The translations under genes were made by a program, and so were the position numbers. Shown here in pieces: positions 25,719 through 35,965 of a stretch of 42,386 bases of DNA (positions are counted from its first letter, which is position 1; each line of letters opens with the position of its first letter). The notes below the pieces were generated by a model. That model made no database searches. It was not told the origin of the DNA and saw nothing but the letters and a program-made list of their open reading frames with translations. Where the stretch lies: positions 1 through 42,386 of the IMG/VR virus record IMGVR_UViG_3300037483_000715. One strand, 5' to 3'. Source of the DNA: a virus (lineage: Duplodnaviria; Caudoviricetes).

Positions 25719-28003
25719 TGTGTTAAATCCACTTTTTTAATTAATACACTCTTAAATATTTCAGATCCATTCATTTCGTGTTCTGCAGTGATCTCTTCAA
25801 TTCTCCAATAAATTTCTTCATCGTCTTTGATTAAATCTCCGACTCTTGGAATGAGTGTCCCGTTTCCTGTAATTGAATTTGGATAAGAGTGAAATAAAAA
25901 CACTCTTTCTGTTCCTGGAAGAGCAAGTCCCATGTTATGAATTTGACGATCTGATCTTAAAATACCTTGTGAAACCATATAAATTTCATATTCTTCTTCA
26001 CTCACTGCTGTGACTCCTCCTTGATTGTCTGTTGTTGTAGTTTGCCTGATCAGAGTTGCCTCGACTCCTTCATCTTGAATTATTGCTTGTAAATCTGACC
26101 TTATGCTGTTTGTGTTGATCCAGCTTGTTAAAAATTTTATGAAGTTATCTTCAAGACTGAAACTCTCACTTAAAATTTTATTTATTGTAATTGGCGAATC
26201 TCCGTCGGATAATCCAATGCTGTCGAGCAATTCTCTTGTGATTGATTTGGAGATTGTTCCTGTTAGACTCATTCCTTCTGTCAATTGTTTTGCGATTGAT
26301 AATGTTTTCTCATCTGTTAGACTCATACTTTCCAAAAACATTTTCTCAATTTGTTTCTCGACACTTTCTGAAAATCCGAAGCTCTCTGAAAATAATCTTT
26401 GAATAAGTTTTGCATCTCCATCTGAGAGAGTCATAATTTCACTGATCACTTTGCTTATGTCAAAACTCTTCGAGTCTGTTAATGATAAAATTTCGGACAG
26501 ATTTTTAACTGTTATTTTTTTAGGATCAAGATAATCCAAGAAGCTGTATTGCTCTATGATCGTTCTCTGAATATCTCTTAAAATTTGATCATTAAATAAA
26601 AGATTTTCTGAAAGGACTTTGATCAAACTCACTGATCTGTTTTCGCTCATTGTGATTGATTCTGTGAATTCTCTCTCTGTTTGTTTAATAAAATTCTCGG
26701 ATAATGTTATACTTTCTGCAAATTCCCTCGAAAAACCCATTAATCTTTGTTCATTCAATGTTACTTCTTCTGTGAATAATCTCTGCATTTGTTTTGTGAT
26801 TGTTGCTGAAACTCCAAATAATTCCTCAAAGATTCTTTGAATAAGTTTTACATCACCATCTGATAAGTCCATTATTTCTGTTACTTGTTTTGTGATCTGA
26901 AAACTTTTTGAATCTGAAAGACTTAAACTCTCCAATAAATTTTTGATCACTATCTTGACTGCTTCCAGATCATCTGCAAGACTTAATTCTTCTGCGAATT
27001 CTCTTTCGATTGTTTTAAGAATTGTATCTGTCAAACTGTATGTTTCGTTTAATCCTCTTGAAATATCTTTGTTGATTGAGTCTGTTGTTGAGATACTTAA
27101 ATTTTCTGATATTGATTTTATTGTTGAAAAGTTTATTTGAGGTTGATAATCGTTTTCTGTTCCTCTTCCTGAATTGTAAATTTTATTTATTTGTGATTGT
27201 GTTAATTCTTGGTTATAAATACGAGCATCATCTATAGTTCCATTATAATTATACCATTGTCCTATTGTAACAGAACCAGTACTATTTGTGTTTGAATCCC
27301 AATTATAATTATTTTGGTTTGTGTTTGCTTCAATTCCATCAATGTATAATTTTATCGTTTGCGTTTGCCCATTATAAACTAAAGCATAATGTTTCCAATT
27401 ATTAACATAACCTGTATTTGCAAATTTCCATCTTGTCCATCCAGGAGTAACTGTATCAATAAAATCAAATGTTGATCCGTATTCAACAAGCATCCCAACT
27501 TTTTGCATTTTAAAAATTCCATTTGGACCAGTGTCAGACGCCTTTGACCAAAAAGCAAATGTATAAATTCCCTCTTTATTAAAATTTAAATCTCCTGCTG
27601 AATTTGGAATATTTATATAATCATTACTTCCATCAAACTGAACAGCTTTTCCTATCTTTCCATCAACTCCAGGAACTGCCCCGTTTTGTAAAGTTCCATC
27701 ATTTGTTCCAATCGAATCGTAAGCACCACTTATCTCATTAAGTTTCCAGTGTGCGATAGGTTTTGGTAAATTTGTGAATAAATTTGCTGTTTCAATAAAT
27801 TCTTTTAAAATTGATTTTGTTAATTCTTCATTGAAATTAAATTCTTCATTTATTGTTCTTGCGAGGTCAAACAATTTTGAATCGGATAAACTGAAACTCT
27901 CACTTTTCGCTGTTTGTATTGCCTTTGTCTGTGCATCTGTTAATCCAAAGCTTTCGCTTAATACTCTTGACAGGAATGCACCGGGCGTGAATTGAAATGC
28001 CAT
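25715..28003 (-). CDS. 18-aa repeat protein with LamG domain and C-terminal head-closure-like domain
   Basis: About 22 (L/F)xExxxLxD repeats; AHWKLNE...FDGSNDYI...WKHYALVY...GTIDDARIYN (LamG). Confidence 0.8.
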   Translation of the reverse strand: MAFQFTPGAFLSRVLSESFGLTDAQTKAIQTAKSESFSLSDSKLFDLARTINEEFNFNEELTKSILKEFIETANLFTNLPKPIAHWKLNEISGAYDSIGTNDGTLQNGAVPGVDGKIGKAVQFDGSNDYINIPNSAGDLNFNKEGIYTFAFWSKASDTGPNGIFKMQKVGMLVEYGSTFDFIDTVTPGWTRWKFANTGYVNNWKHYALVYNGQTQTIKLYIDGIEANTNQNNYNWDSNTNSTGSVTIGQWYNYNGTIDDARIYNQELTQSQINKIYNSGRGTENDYQPQINFSTIKSISENLSISTTDSINKDISRGLNETYSLTDTILKTIEREFAEELSLADDLEAVKIVIKNLLESLSLSDSKSFQITKQVTEIMDLSDGDVKLIQRIFEELFGVSATITKQMQRLFTEEVTLNEQRLMGFSREFAESITLSENFIKQTEREFTESITMSENRSVSLIKVLSENLLFNDQILRDIQRTIIEQYSFLDYLDPKKITVKNLSEILSLTDSKSFDISKVISEIMTLSDGDAKLIQRLFSESFGFSESVEKQIEKMFLESMSLTDEKTLSIAKQLTEGMSLTGTISKSITRELLDSIGLSDGDSPITINKILSESFSLEDNFIKFLTSWINTNSIRSDLQAIIQDEGVEATLIRQTTTTDNQGGVTAVSEEEYEIYMVSQGILRSDRQIHNMGLALPGTERVFLFHSYPNSITGNGTLIPRVGDLIKDDEEIYWRIEEITAEHEMNGSEIFKSVLIKKVDLTQ

Positions 28004-28004
28004 T

Positions 28005-31000
28005 TTAACTTGTTACGTCGAAGTCGATGCCCACTCCTGGATTCGCATTCACATACGAGCAGTTCGCGAACATCCAAATCATCTCTTCTTCAGAAGGACT
28101 CAAAGTTATTAAATTTTGGTATGAGTCAGTCAAAACCCAAGCGTCATTCACATTGCTTGTATTTGATATTTTGAGTGTCCATCCTGTGTTTAAACTTCCT
28201 GTGTACTTTGCTTGCACCGTTCCTGTCCCTGTTCCATTATTTGTGACATTAAAAACTCCTTCTCCTTCATTTTGTCCGATTGGAATTGCACTTGCATTTT
28301 CGAAGTCAGGTCCACAAATTCCAATCTGAAAATAAGGCAAATTCAATTCTGCGTCAAGTCCTGGATCTGCAATAAAATAAACTGCATTTGTTTCAGTGTC
28401 TGTTCTTGATTTTTCATTGTAACTCACATTAATGAATAGATCTTGATATTCATAAATTCCCGAAGGAGTTGTCACGTTCACTTGCCATCCTATTCCTTCT
28501 GTGTAAGTCAGACCTCCTCCACCTACTGGTGTGGCTTCTTCTCCTCCAATTAATATTTCATTAATTGAAAGTCCTTCTGTGACTGGCGATCCATCTGCAG
28601 TGAAGTCGAATGTGATTTGCATTTCTTCTCCTCCTGAAACTGTTTCAGGGTCTGCTTGTGTTGGATCTGTTATATTTGCAACCAAGACGATTTCAGTTGT
28701 TGTTAATGTATAAATTGGAGTTACGTTGTAATTTCCGTTATTGTCATATGCGTACCATCGATATCCGATTGTTGATCCAACATCTGATGTCAATGTTTTT
28801 GTAACATTTGCCCATTCAGGTGTTTCTGTGAATGCGACATTTGAATCATTAACCCAACTTCCTGTGTTGTTTGTTGAAAAAATAAAATAACCGTTTGTTT
28901 CCAGTGCAAGATTATCATTCCATAAAATCGAGAATGTACATGATTCTTCTGCAGCAGTTGTTGAATGATTTGCGAGAGAGTAAGTTGGAGGAATTTGTTC
29001 TGCCAACTCCAAGGCCACATTTAAATCAATGTTCTGTGATTCTGTGACGTTCCAAGTTGTTTGATTTGTATCGTATCCAATCTTTGAGATTGTGATTGTA
29101 TAATCTCCCTCGTATGATTTTGCTCCATTTGTATTTTCATATTCGAGTATTGCCCATTGGTCGATTCTTCCGTCTGCTCCTGTCAATTCTGAATGTACCA
29201 AACTCATCCCATCGTCGTAAACACTTACATTTGCATTTTCAAGAGGTGATCCTGAATAAGTTATGTAAGCATCTAACCACCAATATCTTTCATAAGTTCC
29301 GTCTGGAATATTGTCTGATTCATCTGCTCTTGTAATGTTTATTAAATCATGTAGATTAGAATCTTCTAATAAGCTTAATTCATAAGTCGTTGCTCCTGAC
29401 CATTCCATGTTTTTGAATGTGTCGTATTCTGAATCTCCGTAAGTCGAAGCTTCCTGAATTGTAACGAGAGTTCCAGTTGAATCTTCCAAAACTCCTCCTT
29501 CAAATAAATTATTATCTGCAGAATCAATCAACAAACAATAAGTATTACAATCATATGCAAAAGTGTTTGTAAAATTATTATTATCCGATCTTGATAATAA
29601 TATTATTCCTCCAAAAATTTCTGTTAAGTTATAAACATTCCCATTAGATAAAGAATTATAAATTCCAACATCATCGATTGCTCCTCCAAGTTGTCCTATC
29701 GATGTGTTATAAAGATAATTATTTGTTGATCCTGAAAGATCAATCCCAAATCCAACTCTTTCTCCTTTGATCTGATTGTTTGTCACATTATTTCCAGTCG
29801 CGCTTGGAAGGTAAATTCCAGTATACCCCAATTCATTGTAATCCAAATAAATGTAGTTATTGTTAATTCTTGAATTTGTTATGCTTGTCAAATCAAAAGC
29901 TGTGTCAGACCAAACCCAATTATCTTCTATAGTCATATTGTCTCCTCCAGCATTATAAATTCCACTTCCTGAAGTTGAAGAAGTTCTATTAACTGTGTTT
30001 CCTTTAATCATTCCGTCGCTGACTAATGCATAAATTCCATATCCTGCTGAATAATTTATGATGTTATTTTGAATCACTGCACTACTTCCAACAACTCTTA
30101 TCCCATAAGTTTCATCAAGCAATGTTCCCCCTTGAATTTCGTTTGACGTGATATTTATTTGAGAAGATGAATCTGTTTCGATTAAAATTGCTTGCTCTGG
30201 TCCTGAATCAAGATAATCATAAATGTCATTATTAAAAATTGTGATTCCATCTCCAACATATTGTCCAATGTAAATTCCGTATGCTTCTGCATGAATTTCA
30301 TTATTAATCACTGTTTGGTTAGGTCCTGCCAATTCCATTTGAATGGAGTATGCAGAATAAATTGTGTTTCCTTGAATTAAATTATTTGACTCTTCATTCC
30401 CTCCTCCATCTGAAAACATTGTAAGTCCTCTTAAAATGTAACTGTCATCTCCATGGATATAATTATTTTGAATAACATGTCCACTCGAAACTCCCGAGAT
30501 TGTTATTATCTCATAATCTGATTCTTGACCAGTTGTTCCTCTAAAATCTGAATTTTGAATTGTTAAAGAGTCAGTTCCTCCTTCCATCATTATCCCAACA
30601 GCTGTTCCTCCGTAAACTGTGACATCAACATCTTCGATTGTGATTCCATCATACCCATTAGAGTAAATTGCATAAGTATTTGAGTCTGAGTGAATCCAAT
30701 AACCATTCCCATCAAATTCGATGTTATTATTTTCAATTACGATGCAATCACTTCCACTCACAAATAAATCATCAATGTTTGCTGTCTGATAGTATCTTGT
30801 CGACGCTGTGCTTAAAACTCCACATGCCGAAACTCCCACATCATCGATTGCCAAGAAGTCTGACTTTTCGATTTTCTTTAAATTAATCTTGTTGAAATCA
30901 CTCCATTCGTATACTGGTTTGGAAAGATTTGCTATGCATGTTTTGTTTATTTCATGTTTACAAACCAAGTCATTTACCTGGATGTATTCTGTACTGACCA

Positions 31001-32012
31001 CTTCTCCGATTTCGATTTTAAGATTGTTGAATTCGAGCTTTGATTTTGTTGATGTTTTACATGAATTCTTGTCTTTTGAATTTTTGCTTGTAGTCAAACT
31101 TTCCAAGCATTCTTTATTGTAATCTTCCAAAGGTATCAAAGTTATGTCCTCTGGACTTAATTGCCCTTTATTAAAATCGTAGTGGATCTGAAATTTCTCT
31201 GAAACGTAACGGTCACCTGTCCAGGTGAATCTTAAAGAATAATCACTCTCTCCTTTGATTGAAAAGTTTTGGATTATCAGTTCGTATGTATCTTCTCCTG
31301 TTGTGTTCCAATAATGTGTTGCAGTTTTCGGCATTGTGAATGTTACATACTCTGTGTCAATTGTTTGATATCTGTCTGCGTAGTACTCGTAATAATCCAT
31401 GTCATAGATGAATTTGCTCGGGTCGAATAATCTCACGTTCACTTCGAAGTCTGCTGAATCAGGTCTGTACTTAACTGTGAGTTTTCCTTCATCTTTATTT
31501 TTGTATTTGTAAATTTGAGAATAATAATTTCCTGAATCCCATGTGACTTGCATGTTATGTCCGAAAAGTTGAGGAGATCTTATGTCATTCTTTGTTTCTC
31601 CTGTGTATAGTAAATCTTGAATTTCATATTGTAAAATTTTACCTTCTCCGTTTAGAATTCTGATTGTGTGTTCGACTGGATAAGTTGTCACATCGTCAGT
31701 TGATCCATCAAAAACATAATAATCATAAGCGATGATGTTATCTTTGTACGTCGCTGTTCTTGTGACATATGTAATATTTCCTTCAATTTCATATGTTACG
31801 TTTCTGTCTTTCGCTCTCATGAGTGAAGTTCCATCATAAATTTTTGTGTACTCTGTTCCTGCAAGTACCCACGATTCGTTCTCCCACACCTTGAAAACTG
31901 TTTTTGTTTTTTCAACATCAATTCTTACTTGATTTGGAAGCATTACATAAACACTTGCAGTTAAAACTACAAAAATCATAAATCCCAAAAATATTTTCTC
32001 AGATGTGTTCAT
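28005..32012 (-). CDS. Large membrane-anchored or secreted parallel beta-helix glycoprotein
   Basis: N-terminal TM; many I.NN.I / GI beta-helix rungs; Ig-like C-terminal modules; about 34 N-X-S/T sequons by hand count. Confidence 0.8.
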   Translation of the reverse strand: MNTSEKIFLGFMIFVVLTASVYVMLPNQVRIDVEKTKTVFKVWENESWVLAGTEYTKIYDGTSLMRAKDRNVTYEIEGNITYVTRTATYKDNIIAYDYYVFDGSTDDVTTYPVEHTIRILNGEGKILQYEIQDLLYTGETKNDIRSPQLFGHNMQVTWDSGNYYSQIYKYKNKDEGKLTVKYRPDSADFEVNVRLFDPSKFIYDMDYYEYYADRYQTIDTEYVTFTMPKTATHYWNTTGEDTYELIIQNFSIKGESDYSLRFTWTGDRYVSEKFQIHYDFNKGQLSPEDITLIPLEDYNKECLESLTTSKNSKDKNSCKTSTKSKLEFNNLKIEIGEVVSTEYIQVNDLVCKHEINKTCIANLSKPVYEWSDFNKINLKKIEKSDFLAIDDVGVSACGVLSTASTRYYQTANIDDLFVSGSDCIVIENNNIEFDGNGYWIHSDSNTYAIYSNGYDGITIEDVDVTVYGGTAVGIMMEGGTDSLTIQNSDFRGTTGQESDYEIITISGVSSGHVIQNNYIHGDDSYILRGLTMFSDGGGNEESNNLIQGNTIYSAYSIQMELAGPNQTVINNEIHAEAYGIYIGQYVGDGITIFNNDIYDYLDSGPEQAILIETDSSSQINITSNEIQGGTLLDETYGIRVVGSSAVIQNNIINYSAGYGIYALVSDGMIKGNTVNRTSSTSGSGIYNAGGDNMTIEDNWVWSDTAFDLTSITNSRINNNYIYLDYNELGYTGIYLPSATGNNVTNNQIKGERVGFGIDLSGSTNNYLYNTSIGQLGGAIDDVGIYNSLSNGNVYNLTEIFGGIILLSRSDNNNFTNTFAYDCNTYCLLIDSADNNLFEGGVLEDSTGTLVTIQEASTYGDSEYDTFKNMEWSGATTYELSLLEDSNLHDLINITRADESDNIPDGTYERYWWLDAYITYSGSPLENANVSVYDDGMSLVHSELTGADGRIDQWAILEYENTNGAKSYEGDYTITISKIGYDTNQTTWNVTESQNIDLNVALELAEQIPPTYSLANHSTTAAEESCTFSILWNDNLALETNGYFIFSTNNTGSWVNDSNVAFTETPEWANVTKTLTSDVGSTIGYRWYAYDNNGNYNVTPIYTLTTTEIVLVANITDPTQADPETVSGGEEMQITFDFTADGSPVTEGLSINEILIGGEEATPVGGGGLTYTEGIGWQVNVTTPSGIYEYQDLFINVSYNEKSRTDTETNAVYFIADPGLDAELNLPYFQIGICGPDFENASAIPIGQNEGEGVFNVTNNGTGTGTVQAKYTGSLNTGWTLKISNTSNVNDAWVLTDSYQNLITLSPSEEEMIWMFANCSYVNANPGVGIDFDVTS

Positions 32013-33295
32013 TGCATCAACTCCATAATTTTATTTTTCTTCTCTTCGCTCATGTCGAAGTGTCCTGGATGTACATCTTGCGCACCGAATGAAACTGAGC
32101 AAAAAATCTTTCCCTCATTTTTTTTCAGTCTTTTAAGAAGATCGATTGTTTCATCAAACTTCTCATCAGGAATATGTTCCAAAACATCAAAGCATAAAAT
32201 TATGTCAAATTGATTCTTAAATTCAGGATGTATTGGCATTGGAATTCTTTTGAGTTTTACCTTGTGTTCTTGTGATCTGAAACTCATAAACTCGTTTGCT
32301 TTTTTGTTTGGCTCTGCAACTGTGACAATGTATTTCTCTTTTGCAAGCATGTAAGCCATTTGACCTGCATTACTTCCAAAGTCGAGTATTTCTGTTCCTC
32401 TGTTAGGATATGATTGTTTAATCTCTTCGAGAAGTTTCTTGTCAAAGTTTCTTCTTTGTTTGAAGTGCCATTCCAAATGATCATACATCTCCCATTGGTT
32501 TTCTTGATAATATTTGAAATTCTGTTTTGGATCGTTCATGTCATATTTTTTCATTTCTTCCCTTCTGAGATCATGTCTGTGCATGAAATTGCTGAATATC
32601 TTTTCCCGGGAGACTCCTTCGAATTTAATTAAATCTTGAATCATCTCTTCTCGATCTTCTTTGTCGAGTTTGATTTGTGCTTTGTAAGGCTGAAAATGTT
32701 CAGGCCCAACTTCGATTCCGAAATGATTGCAGACAACTCCTGTGTTTAAATGTACTTTAAATCCTGCTTTGATTGCCTCATCACAAAAATAAAGATCTTC
32801 TGCGATTTGATAATCTTTGCCTTCGTGTTTTCTCCATTCAAGTTTAAAATAAGGAAATTCGAGTTTTTTGAAGACTTCTGTTTTGATTAAACAACATCCC
32901 ATTCCAACTCCTTGAACTTCATAAATTTGATTGTATTCAAAATCTTCTAAGAAAAAGTGTCGCTCGCCTTCTTTTATTCTTGCGACTGGTAGATATGGCT
33001 TTCCTTTCGCAAAATAAAGACCTGATGCGATGTCCACATTCATTTTGAGCAATGCGTTCAATGCTCCCTGTGGAATTAATGTATCCGAGTCAATGAAAAA
33101 AACATAATCACAATTATCTTTAAGAGCCATTTTAACGAGATCATTTCTCGCTTTGTCCACGATTGTAGATGCCCTCATATAAATCTGTACAGAGTACTCT
33201 TCCTGGTTATACAGATCGTGAAGCCTGTTGACGAAATTAACGAAAAAACTGGCTGGAACTACGTTATACAAGGGCACGCAAATGCCGATTTTCAT
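32009..33295 (-). CDS. GT2-like glycosyltransferase fused to class I SAM-dependent methyltransferase
   Basis: ARNDLV...FFIDSD...GMGCCLIK...AEDLYFC (GT-A); ILDFGSNAG...FDIILCFDVLEHI (MTase). Confidence 0.88.
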   Translation of the reverse strand: MKIGICVPLYNVVPASFFVNFVNRLHDLYNQEEYSVQIYMRASTIVDKARNDLVKMALKDNCDYVFFIDSDTLIPQGALNALLKMNVDIASGLYFAKGKPYLPVARIKEGERHFFLEDFEYNQIYEVQGVGMGCCLIKTEVFKKLEFPYFKLEWRKHEGKDYQIAEDLYFCDEAIKAGFKVHLNTGVVCNHFGIEVGPEHFQPYKAQIKLDKEDREEMIQDLIKFEGVSREKIFSNFMHRHDLRREEMKKYDMNDPKQNFKYYQENQWEMYDHLEWHFKQRRNFDKKLLEEIKQSYPNRGTEILDFGSNAGQMAYMLAKEKYIVTVAEPNKKANEFMSFRSQEHKVKLKRIPMPIHPEFKNQFDIILCFDVLEHIPDEKFDETIDLLKRLKKNEGKIFCSVSFGAQDVHPGHFDMSEEKKNKIMELMQ

Positions 33296-33308
33296 TTTAG
33301 TTCCGAGT

Positions 33309-33791
33309 TTACGCAACAGTGACCTTCCAAGTGATTTGCAATGTATCTCCGTTTCCAACGTTGATTGCACTGAATGTCTGTCTACATAACATTACCCCTG
33401 CACTTCCATCGTTGAAAACACCAGCTTCTGTTACTGCAACGCTTCCTGTAACGCTGAAAGATTTCACGAATTGCGCTGTGTCGTCAGTTACATTAACTGT
33501 TGCCAATGTTCCTGTACTTGCAGCACGAGTCAATCCATTCTCTGTTTCTTCTGTTTCAAGTTCAGTGTCTGTCGCAGTTGCTCCTGTTGTTCCTGTTCCC
33601 ACAGCGATGTAATCAAACGCTGTGTGAGATCCAGATTGATCTGAACAGAAAAGTCCAGCAACTTCTGTAAAACCTGTGTTTGTCAATGCATTTGGAGTTT
33701 CTACAGTTTCAATCAAATTTCCCTTCGAGTCGAAGTGATCAATGATAATAAAACCGTTTAACTTTGCACTTGGATTCATTTCTTGTTTCAT
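33309..33791 (-). CDS. Collar/fibre-anchor-like structural protein
   Basis: LTNTG...YIAVGTG..ATATDT.L..E...EAGVFN...TLQITW. Confidence 0.65.
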   Translation of the reverse strand: MKQEMNPSAKLNGFIIIDHFDSKGNLIETVETPNALTNTGFTEVAGLFCSDQSGSHTAFDYIAVGTGTTGATATDTELETEETENGLTRAASTGTLATVNVTDDTAQFVKSFSVTGSVAVTEAGVFNDGSAGVMLCRQTFSAINVGNGDTLQITWKVTVA

Positions 33792-33997
33792 TGTTTAGCC
33801 TCCTGTGATTTAATTTGTCCTTTAATGACTTTGACTTCGAGTTGATCTTTTAATCCCATCGTTTCGTTTGTTTTCTGAGGTTGACTCTTTAACATCTCCT
33901 GTGCTTCGTAGAGATGAAGCATCCTGTGAACTGCACGAATCAAATCAAGCAGTTTTTTCGGATCGTTCAGAATCTCCTTCAATTCTTCGTCTTTCAT
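33788..33997 (-). CDS. Hypothetical protein
   Basis: GGAG SD, coupled to the next gene. Confidence 0.5.
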   Translation of the reverse strand: MKDEELKEILNDPKKLLDLIRAVHRMLHLYEAQEMLKSQPQKTNETMGLKDQLEVKVIKGQIKSQEAKQ

Positions 33998-34136
33998 CTT
34001 TCTCCTTTAATTTATTTACTTCGAGTTTTCTTCCTGAATTGTTGTCACGAGAGAGTTCAAAATCTTGTTTAACATTCCCTTTCTTGTCTTTTGCGATTAA
34101 TTGTAGTCCACCCATTTTATTTTTAAGTTTTTGTTT

Positions 34137-34150
34137 TATTTAAATATTGC
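34137..34150 (-). promoter_or_regulatory. Late promoter motif
   Basis: GCAATATTTAAATA about 22 nt before an ATG at 34115. Confidence 0.6.
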
Positions 34151-34151
34151 C

Positions 34152-34982
34152 TTACATAATGCAAGGTCTTGGCTTAATTGCCTCCATGATCCTGTCCCTT
34201 TCTCGAATCAATTGAGTAGCAGTTTCTCTCCATTGAGTGTACGGCTCTCCTTTTTGAACTTGTAATTCTCCCAAAGAGTATCCTGTGTTCTCGTCGTAAG
34301 ATTGACCTACTATTCTTGCGACCATTGTAATTCCTACTACGATCTGCATTAACTCTTTCATTGTTTCATGAACTTCCAATTTTGCAACTACACTTCCTGA
34401 TTCGTGAGTATAAACCAATTTGTCGACGACGATTGTGCTTCCTGATGGTGCTGATGAAATATGTGCAGCTTCTCGATATCCATCCATTCCATAAATTTCA
34501 ACCCAATCTCCTGAGCTGAATCCTGAAATGCTTCCAACAGTCAAAGAGACTGATGTGCCTGCAGTTGTTGCAGAGCTTATTGTTGTTGATGTATCTCCTT
34601 CCTCGACAAATCCATAAACATATTTAACACTCACTTTATTTGTCCCGAGTAAAAATTGAGATGCTGTTGATTCTGTGCTTAATTCGATTTTTCCACTTCC
34701 TCTTTTAACATAAAGATTTGCTGTGTCTTCCTGAACTCCATTAATGTATAAATCTCTAACCGATAAAACAGGATTGTTTTTTAGAACGAGTCTTCCTGTT
34801 CCGTTTCCATCTCTGACTTCAATTACTTCTTTTGGTGTGAAGACTGTGTTGTACATTCTTTGTGTTTTCTTCTCAATTAATTGAATCATTGCTGAGACAT
34901 CATCATCTGAGATTTCATCTGAATCGATTCCACAAATTTGTCTTACTCCTGCAATTGTTATGTATTCTCCGTCGTCTGCCAT
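34152..34982 (-). CDS. Head-tail adaptor with inserted beta domain
   Basis: YITIAGVRQ...DGNGT.RLVL...PVLSV...VSVKYVYGF...YSLGELQV. Confidence 0.75.
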   Translation of the reverse strand: MADDGEYITIAGVRQICGIDSDEISDDDVSAMIQLIEKKTQRMYNTVFTPKEVIEVRDGNGTGRLVLKNNPVLSVRDLYINGVQEDTANLYVKRGSGKIELSTESTASQFLLGTNKVSVKYVYGFVEEGDTSTTISSATTAGTSVSLTVGSISGFSSGDWVEIYGMDGYREAAHISSAPSGSTIVVDKLVYTHESGSVVAKLEVHETMKELMQIVVGITMVARIVGQSYDENTGYSLGELQVQKGEPYTQWRETATQLIRERDRIMEAIKPRPCIM

Positions 34983-35212
34983 TATCCTACCACCAATTTA
35001 ATTACTAATCCCAAGATTGCAATAAAAGTTCCTGAGAGGATCCCTGTTTGGATGTTCATAATTTTTTTAATCCATCGAATGTCTGTTCCCATCTCAATGT
35101 GTTTGCTTGCGATTTTTGTCATGTTGTGATTGAGAATCTCGATTAGCTTTTCCTGATTCTCTTTGAAATCATGAAACGTTTGAGCTTCGATATACCTACA
35201 TGACCTTGCCAT
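34982..35212 (-). CDS. Small protein with C-terminal TM (XhlA-like architecture)
   Basis: Coiled segment, DIRWIKK, hydrophobic C-terminus. Confidence 0.55.
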   Translation of the reverse strand: MARSCRYIEAQTFHDFKENQEKLIEILNHNMTKIASKHIEMGTDIRWIKKIMNIQTGILSGTFIAILGLVIKLVVG

Positions 35213-35582
35213 AGTGTACTCTTAGCTTCTCAACAACATCATCCCTGAACGGAAGCTCAGCATTTAATTGAATTTGCTCGATCAATTTTTCCCGAGTTCC
35301 CCATGTGACAATGTCATCTGCAGTCTTCTTTCCAATCCCTTTGATCTTTGTTAATTCTTTAAAGAATTCGTTATCTGGTGTATACTGCACTTCGAGTTGC
35401 TTTGTTTCCACTTTGGTGTCGGCGATTTTTCCTTCTGTGACTTTCACTCTTTCAAATTTGTTCGCAAGTCCGACATTCTCTGGTAGATCGATTATTTGCC
35501 CTGTTTTAATTGTAGCCCATTGGAAATCTTTAAGATCTCCTATTCGAAGTTTAATGGACTCACCTTTGTTGATGAATTCCAT
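35196..35582 (-). CDS. Helix-hairpin-helix domain protein
   Basis: LTKIKGIGKKTADDI. Confidence 0.75.
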   Translation of the reverse strand: MEFINKGESIKLRIGDLKDFQWATIKTGQIIDLPENVGLANKFERVKVTEGKIADTKVETKQLEVQYTPDNEFFKELTKIKGIGKKTADDIVTWGTREKLIEQIQLNAELPFRDDVVEKLRVHYGKVM

Positions 35583-35583
35583 T

Positions 35584-35955
35584 TTAATCCTCCTCTACAA
35601 TCAAAGTCACAGATACTGTTTCGTCTTCTGTTCCTGATGCTACAGACAATTTAACTCTTCCGAAAACTACGAACGGCTCATAAATTTCATTTGTTCCGTC
35701 GTATGTCACGGCAGTTCCAGTGTTGTCTTCAACTGCCTTTCGAGGATATCTTACGACATCTGTGTTTGCAGCAGATAAATCAATGATTTTCTGCGCGGCA
35801 GCTTCTCCGTCTGAATCCAGGTCCACAGTACATGTATTTGCCGGGTAATCGATCCCCACTGCAAGGATTCTTCCTCGTACAGGTGATGTGTACGCTGAGG
35901 CAGTTCCATCTGCAGCAATCGTTGCCGATACTTTGTATTTCCTGATTGTTGACAT
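35584..35955 (-). CDS. Putative virion structural protein
   Basis: Beta-rich, Ala/Thr-rich, in the head module. Confidence 0.6.
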   Translation of the reverse strand: MSTIRKYKVSATIAADGTASAYTSPVRGRILAVGIDYPANTCTVDLDSDGEAAAQKIIDLSAANTDVVRYPRKAVEDNTGTAVTYDGTNEIYEPFVVFGRVKLSVASGTEDETVSVTLIVEED

Positions 35956-35965
35956 TTTTTGCTCC

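Noticed and set aside
25308-26105. DGR template/variable repeat pair
   Set aside because: Similarity is protein-level paralogy with all substitution types; no reverse transcriptase in the genome
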